Both the position numbers and the translations under genes were made by a program. DNA of 25,378 nt from a virus (Duplodnaviria; Caudoviricetes), in IMG/VR virus record IMGVR_UViG_3300035419_000049, positions 1-25,378 of that record, one strand, 5' to 3'. This document shows positions 22,700-25,378 of the stretch, one piece after another; within the stretch, counting starts at the first letter, position 1, and each line of letters starts with the position of its first letter. The notes below the pieces were generated by a model. The model was not told the origin of the DNA, made no database searches, and saw only the letters and a list, made by a program, of their open reading frames with translations.

Positions 22700-25378
22700 G
22701 TGATACTCTTTGACAGTTCCATTAACTGTTGTAGATCAACGATGCTAGATAAGTCAGGCTCCCTATCATTATATAGTCTAAACTTAACCACTGATGATCT
22801 ACGTTGGTCTGCTGGCATCCGACTTAGTTTATCTACAGCTTTTGCCATAGGTGATCCTATGCCTTGATTAACAAAGTCAGCCTTGCCTTCATCAAGAATA
22901 TTTTTAATATAATTTCTTGCAAGAATATTCTGATCTTTTTTAGTTTGACCCTCAGTTTCTGCTACCTCTTTACCTATCTCTACAGCAAGTGGAAGTATAG
23001 CAGATAGATATGTGTTTTCCACACGTTTCTCTGATGGTATTCGTGATCTACTTCCTAGATTATATGTCGGATCATCAAACCCAATAGACGTTAGATATTC
23101 TGTCATATCATCTGGCATATCCTTTTTGTTAATCCCAAAGAATAGTTTAGTACCAGAGTCAAAACGCTGTATGTCTCCTGTAGTAATAGAAACACGTGCG
23201 GGTAATTCACTTTCAAATGAGGGCGCAGCCATGCCACGCTGTACGGCACTACGTTGAAAACCCGATTGAAATGCTTCACCTGCACTGCCTTTAAACTCAG
23301 GATCAGTAGCAGCATCTGCATAATAGTCAGGACGTAAGTCCATAGCACGTTGTGCCTCTACGACTTGGAAATAAGGTGTAAAGTATGTCATAGTATACTG
23401 ACCAACAGCACCACCTATCTTTTTAGCACGAGCTTGTGCATCAATCTCGTCACCACTTGAAACAATAATGTCACGTATCTCTTCAACAAATATGTTACCC
23501 ATACCTGTACGTGCTGTAGTACCTAACCACGTTTCAGCAATGTGATCTGCATCCATGCCGTACCATGTGTCTAATGTGTCTTCCTGTCTGCGTCTTTCAA
23601 ACTCTGCTATCCATCCTATCTGTCTCATAGGATACACAGGAGTTAAGTCTACTGCATCATCACCATACTGCATAGTTTCGTATGCTTCTGGTGCATCATC
23701 TGACTTTCTGTACTGATAGAATGCAGCAATAGCTGCAGCACCTGCTAAGTTACGAGAGATATCCTGACGATCACGTGGAGTTAAACCTGTACCTCTTGCA
23801 TCTTTAAATGCTGCCCTACGTATAAGGGGTAGTGCTGCCCCACCCGTGCTTTGTGCCATATACTCAAGAGAGTTAAACATAAAACGTGGGAACGGTACAA
23901 TGACTGTGAGGCCAGACTTTGTAATTAAATCACTGGTAAACTTGAAGGGTGGAAAGTCTGGTTGTTTTGCATACGTAACATCAAGGGCTTTCTGTGTGGC
24001 TTCTTCCATGATGTCAACAAAGGTACGCCCTTTCTCTGGGCGAAATTTACTAGAATCATTTAGTATTTCTTTAATATTACCACCTTCTAATGCCTTACGT
24101 AGATCAACTCCCCACTCTGCCTGTGTCAATCTTTCTAGTTCAGATAAGAATGTTGCTCTACGAATAACATGTTCCTGCCAACGGTTAGGGGCGTTTAGCG
24201 TGGCGGTAAAATCCTCTAGCTTACTTGCTACTGCATCCAAACCTTTGCCTACTCTAGTTGTGGCACTACCTCTACCTGTAAGTTCCTGCAGTTCAAGTAC
24301 ATTGTTCTGCATTTTAGTTAGTTGGTCAGCTAGTTCAGGCCGATTGAGTATGTACTCTGACCATTCTTTTGCTTCTGCCTGATTGAAGTACATGTAACGC
24401 ATGTTACGGAAGGCACCTTTGTACGTACCATCACGAACAAGAGGATTAATATTCTTTACTGATTTAACTAAAGCACCAGCAGATGTGTCACCTGTGTCAA
24501 CAGCACGGGCGTATGTAAGCATAGCAGTGTCAAATACATTACCAATACTTTCCATAGGGGAACGCACAATAGCTGACTGATAGTTACGTGCGGCAGTAGC
24601 TAATGATGAAACCATAAGACCACGACGAATATTCTCAGTACGTAATACTGTACCTGTCCAGAACTTACTAAGACCTTTTGCTACAGATTGACGTGACTTC
24701 TCTGCCTGTTGTTCTTTAATACTTCTAGGTTTAACACGGCCCATTTGTGACAAGCGATTTAGGAACTTACCTGCCTGTGATCCTGAACCTACTACACCTA
24801 ACACATATTCTTCATATGACATTCCATGATCAGTTAAAATCTTTAGCATGTCAGGGGTTTCAAAGATAGTCTCCGCACCAGAACCTTTAGGTTTCATTAC
24901 AGACAGATCAAAGATTTGATCACTTAACTTTTCTTTACCCTTAAATGCATCTGGGTATTGTTTCTTTAGAGCAACAACTACAGACACAAAAGCATCCATC
25001 TTTTCAGGGTTTAGGATAGGCAACGCAAACTCAGCATTATCCCCAATCATCAAGTCTTCTAGTGGAGTTGCAGCATCCTTACCCGTAGTACCATGATATA
25101 CATCATCAATATAGTATTCTGTTACTTTAGTCTTACCCTGTTGGCGAACTAAATCTGTGTCAATTTCTAAGTTACCATCATCTAATGTTTTAGATATTGA
25201 CATTTCATTACGACCTTCCCATTCCTTAATTAACTGACTTCTTAATTCTTTATTGTCATTTGCAATTTTTTTGTTAACGTTTTTAACATTGTCTGCAAGT
25301 TTGGTTTCAAGTCGCATGGCTTCCTGTACTTGATTATATGCAGTCTCACCACCAGATACTTTACTCCAAGCTTTATTT
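22693..25378 (-). CDS. Large protein (>890 aa, 5' end outside the window), probable internal virion/ejection protein
   Basis: Frame stays open upstream of the track start (25317) to the window edge; size, helical character and position at the end of a minus-strand operon suggest a virion protein (inference). Confidence 0.75.
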   Translation of the reverse strand, partial: NKAWSKVSGGETAYNQVQEAMRLETKLADNVKNVNKKIANDNKELRSQLIKEWEGRNEMSISKTLDDGNLEIDTDLVRQQGKTKVTEYYIDDVYHGTTGKDAATPLEDLMIGDNAEFALPILNPEKMDAFVSVVVALKKQYPDAFKGKEKLSDQIFDLSVMKPKGSGAETIFETPDMLKILTDHGMSYEEYVLGVVGSGSQAGKFLNRLSQMGRVKPRSIKEQQAEKSRQSVAKGLSKFWTGTVLRTENIRRGLMVSSLATAARNYQSAIVRSPMESIGNVFDTAMLTYARAVDTGDTSAGALVKSVKNINPLVRDGTYKGAFRNMRYMYFNQAEAKEWSEYILNRPELADQLTKMQNNVLELQELTGRGSATTRVGKGLDAVASKLEDFTATLNAPNRWQEHVIRRATFLSELERLTQAEWGVDLRKALEGGNIKEILNDSSKFRPEKGRTFVDIMEEATQKALDVTYAKQPDFPPFKFTSDLITKSGLTVIVPFPRFMFNSLEYMAQSTGGAALPLIRRAAFKDARGTGLTPRDRQDISRNLAGAAAIAAFYQYRKSDDAPEAYETMQYGDDAVDLTPVYPMRQIGWIAEFERRRQEDTLDTWYGMDADHIAETWLGTTARTGMGNIFVEEIRDIIVSSGDEIDAQARAKKIGGAVGQYTMTYFTPYFQVVEAQRAMDLRPDYYADAATDPEFKGSAGEAFQSGFQRSAVQRGMAAPSFESELPARVSITTGDIQRFDSGTKLFFGINKKDMPDDMTEYLTSIGFDDPTYNLGSRSRIPSEKRVENTYLSAILPLAVEIGKEVAETEGQTKKDQNILARNYIKNILDEGKADFVNQGIGSPMAKAVDKLSRMPADQRRSSVVKFRLYNDREPDLSSIVDLQQLMELSKSITK

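Noticed and set aside
10060-24382. Long antisense or alternate-frame ORFs (10060-10626, 15998-16444, 20508-20816, 23846-24382 and similar)
   Set aside because: They fully overlap conserved genes, lack RBSs and motifs, and are explained by codon bias
1-25378. tRNA/rRNA genes, introns or inteins, T7-type RNA polymerase or its promoters
   Set aside because: None recognised by eye; polymerase, helicase and RNR are uninterrupted, and the promoters seen are sigma70-like

Overview
This window is about 25 kb of a marine podovirus genome that matches the HMO-2011-type group (roseobacter/SAR116 phages). The signature is a family A DNA polymerase with an inserted DnaJ-type CxxCxGxG zinc segment, plus a tyrosine integrase just ahead of split primase and helicase genes. 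No phage RNA polymerase is seen in the window. Layout: (i) 1-2796, minus-strand, mostly small or basic genes, probably late/virion, preceded by two matching TTGACA-N15-GTAAAACTATATA promoters. (ii) 2800-3720, a divergent non-coding region rich in repeats and hairpins, possibly the genome end or origin. (iii) 3721-9783, plus-strand early accessory genes, including an HhH-GPD glycosylase-like protein, a stand-alone restriction-enzyme-like DNA-binding domain, an ArfA-like peptide, a SleB hydrolase and DUF932. (iv) 9787-22667, integrase, replication and nucleotide metabolism (primase, helicase, endo VII, ThyX, PolA, putative SSB, exonuclease, endo I, DUF3310, class II RNR, Rmf-like, MazG). (v) A bidirectional terminator and the 3' part of a large minus-strand, probably virion, protein. 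The most striking unexplained structure is a 14-bp palindrome, GTCCGA-NN-TCGGAC, seen five times at 560-830 bp intervals and only in 3.4-6.2 kb. It is interleaved with three 60-90 nt AT-rich imperfect hairpins, and two copies form a duplicated hairpin-palindrome-RBS cassette. A by-eye scan also found no CCGG or CCWGG site in the window. All family assignments come from motif recognition by eye; no database search was run.
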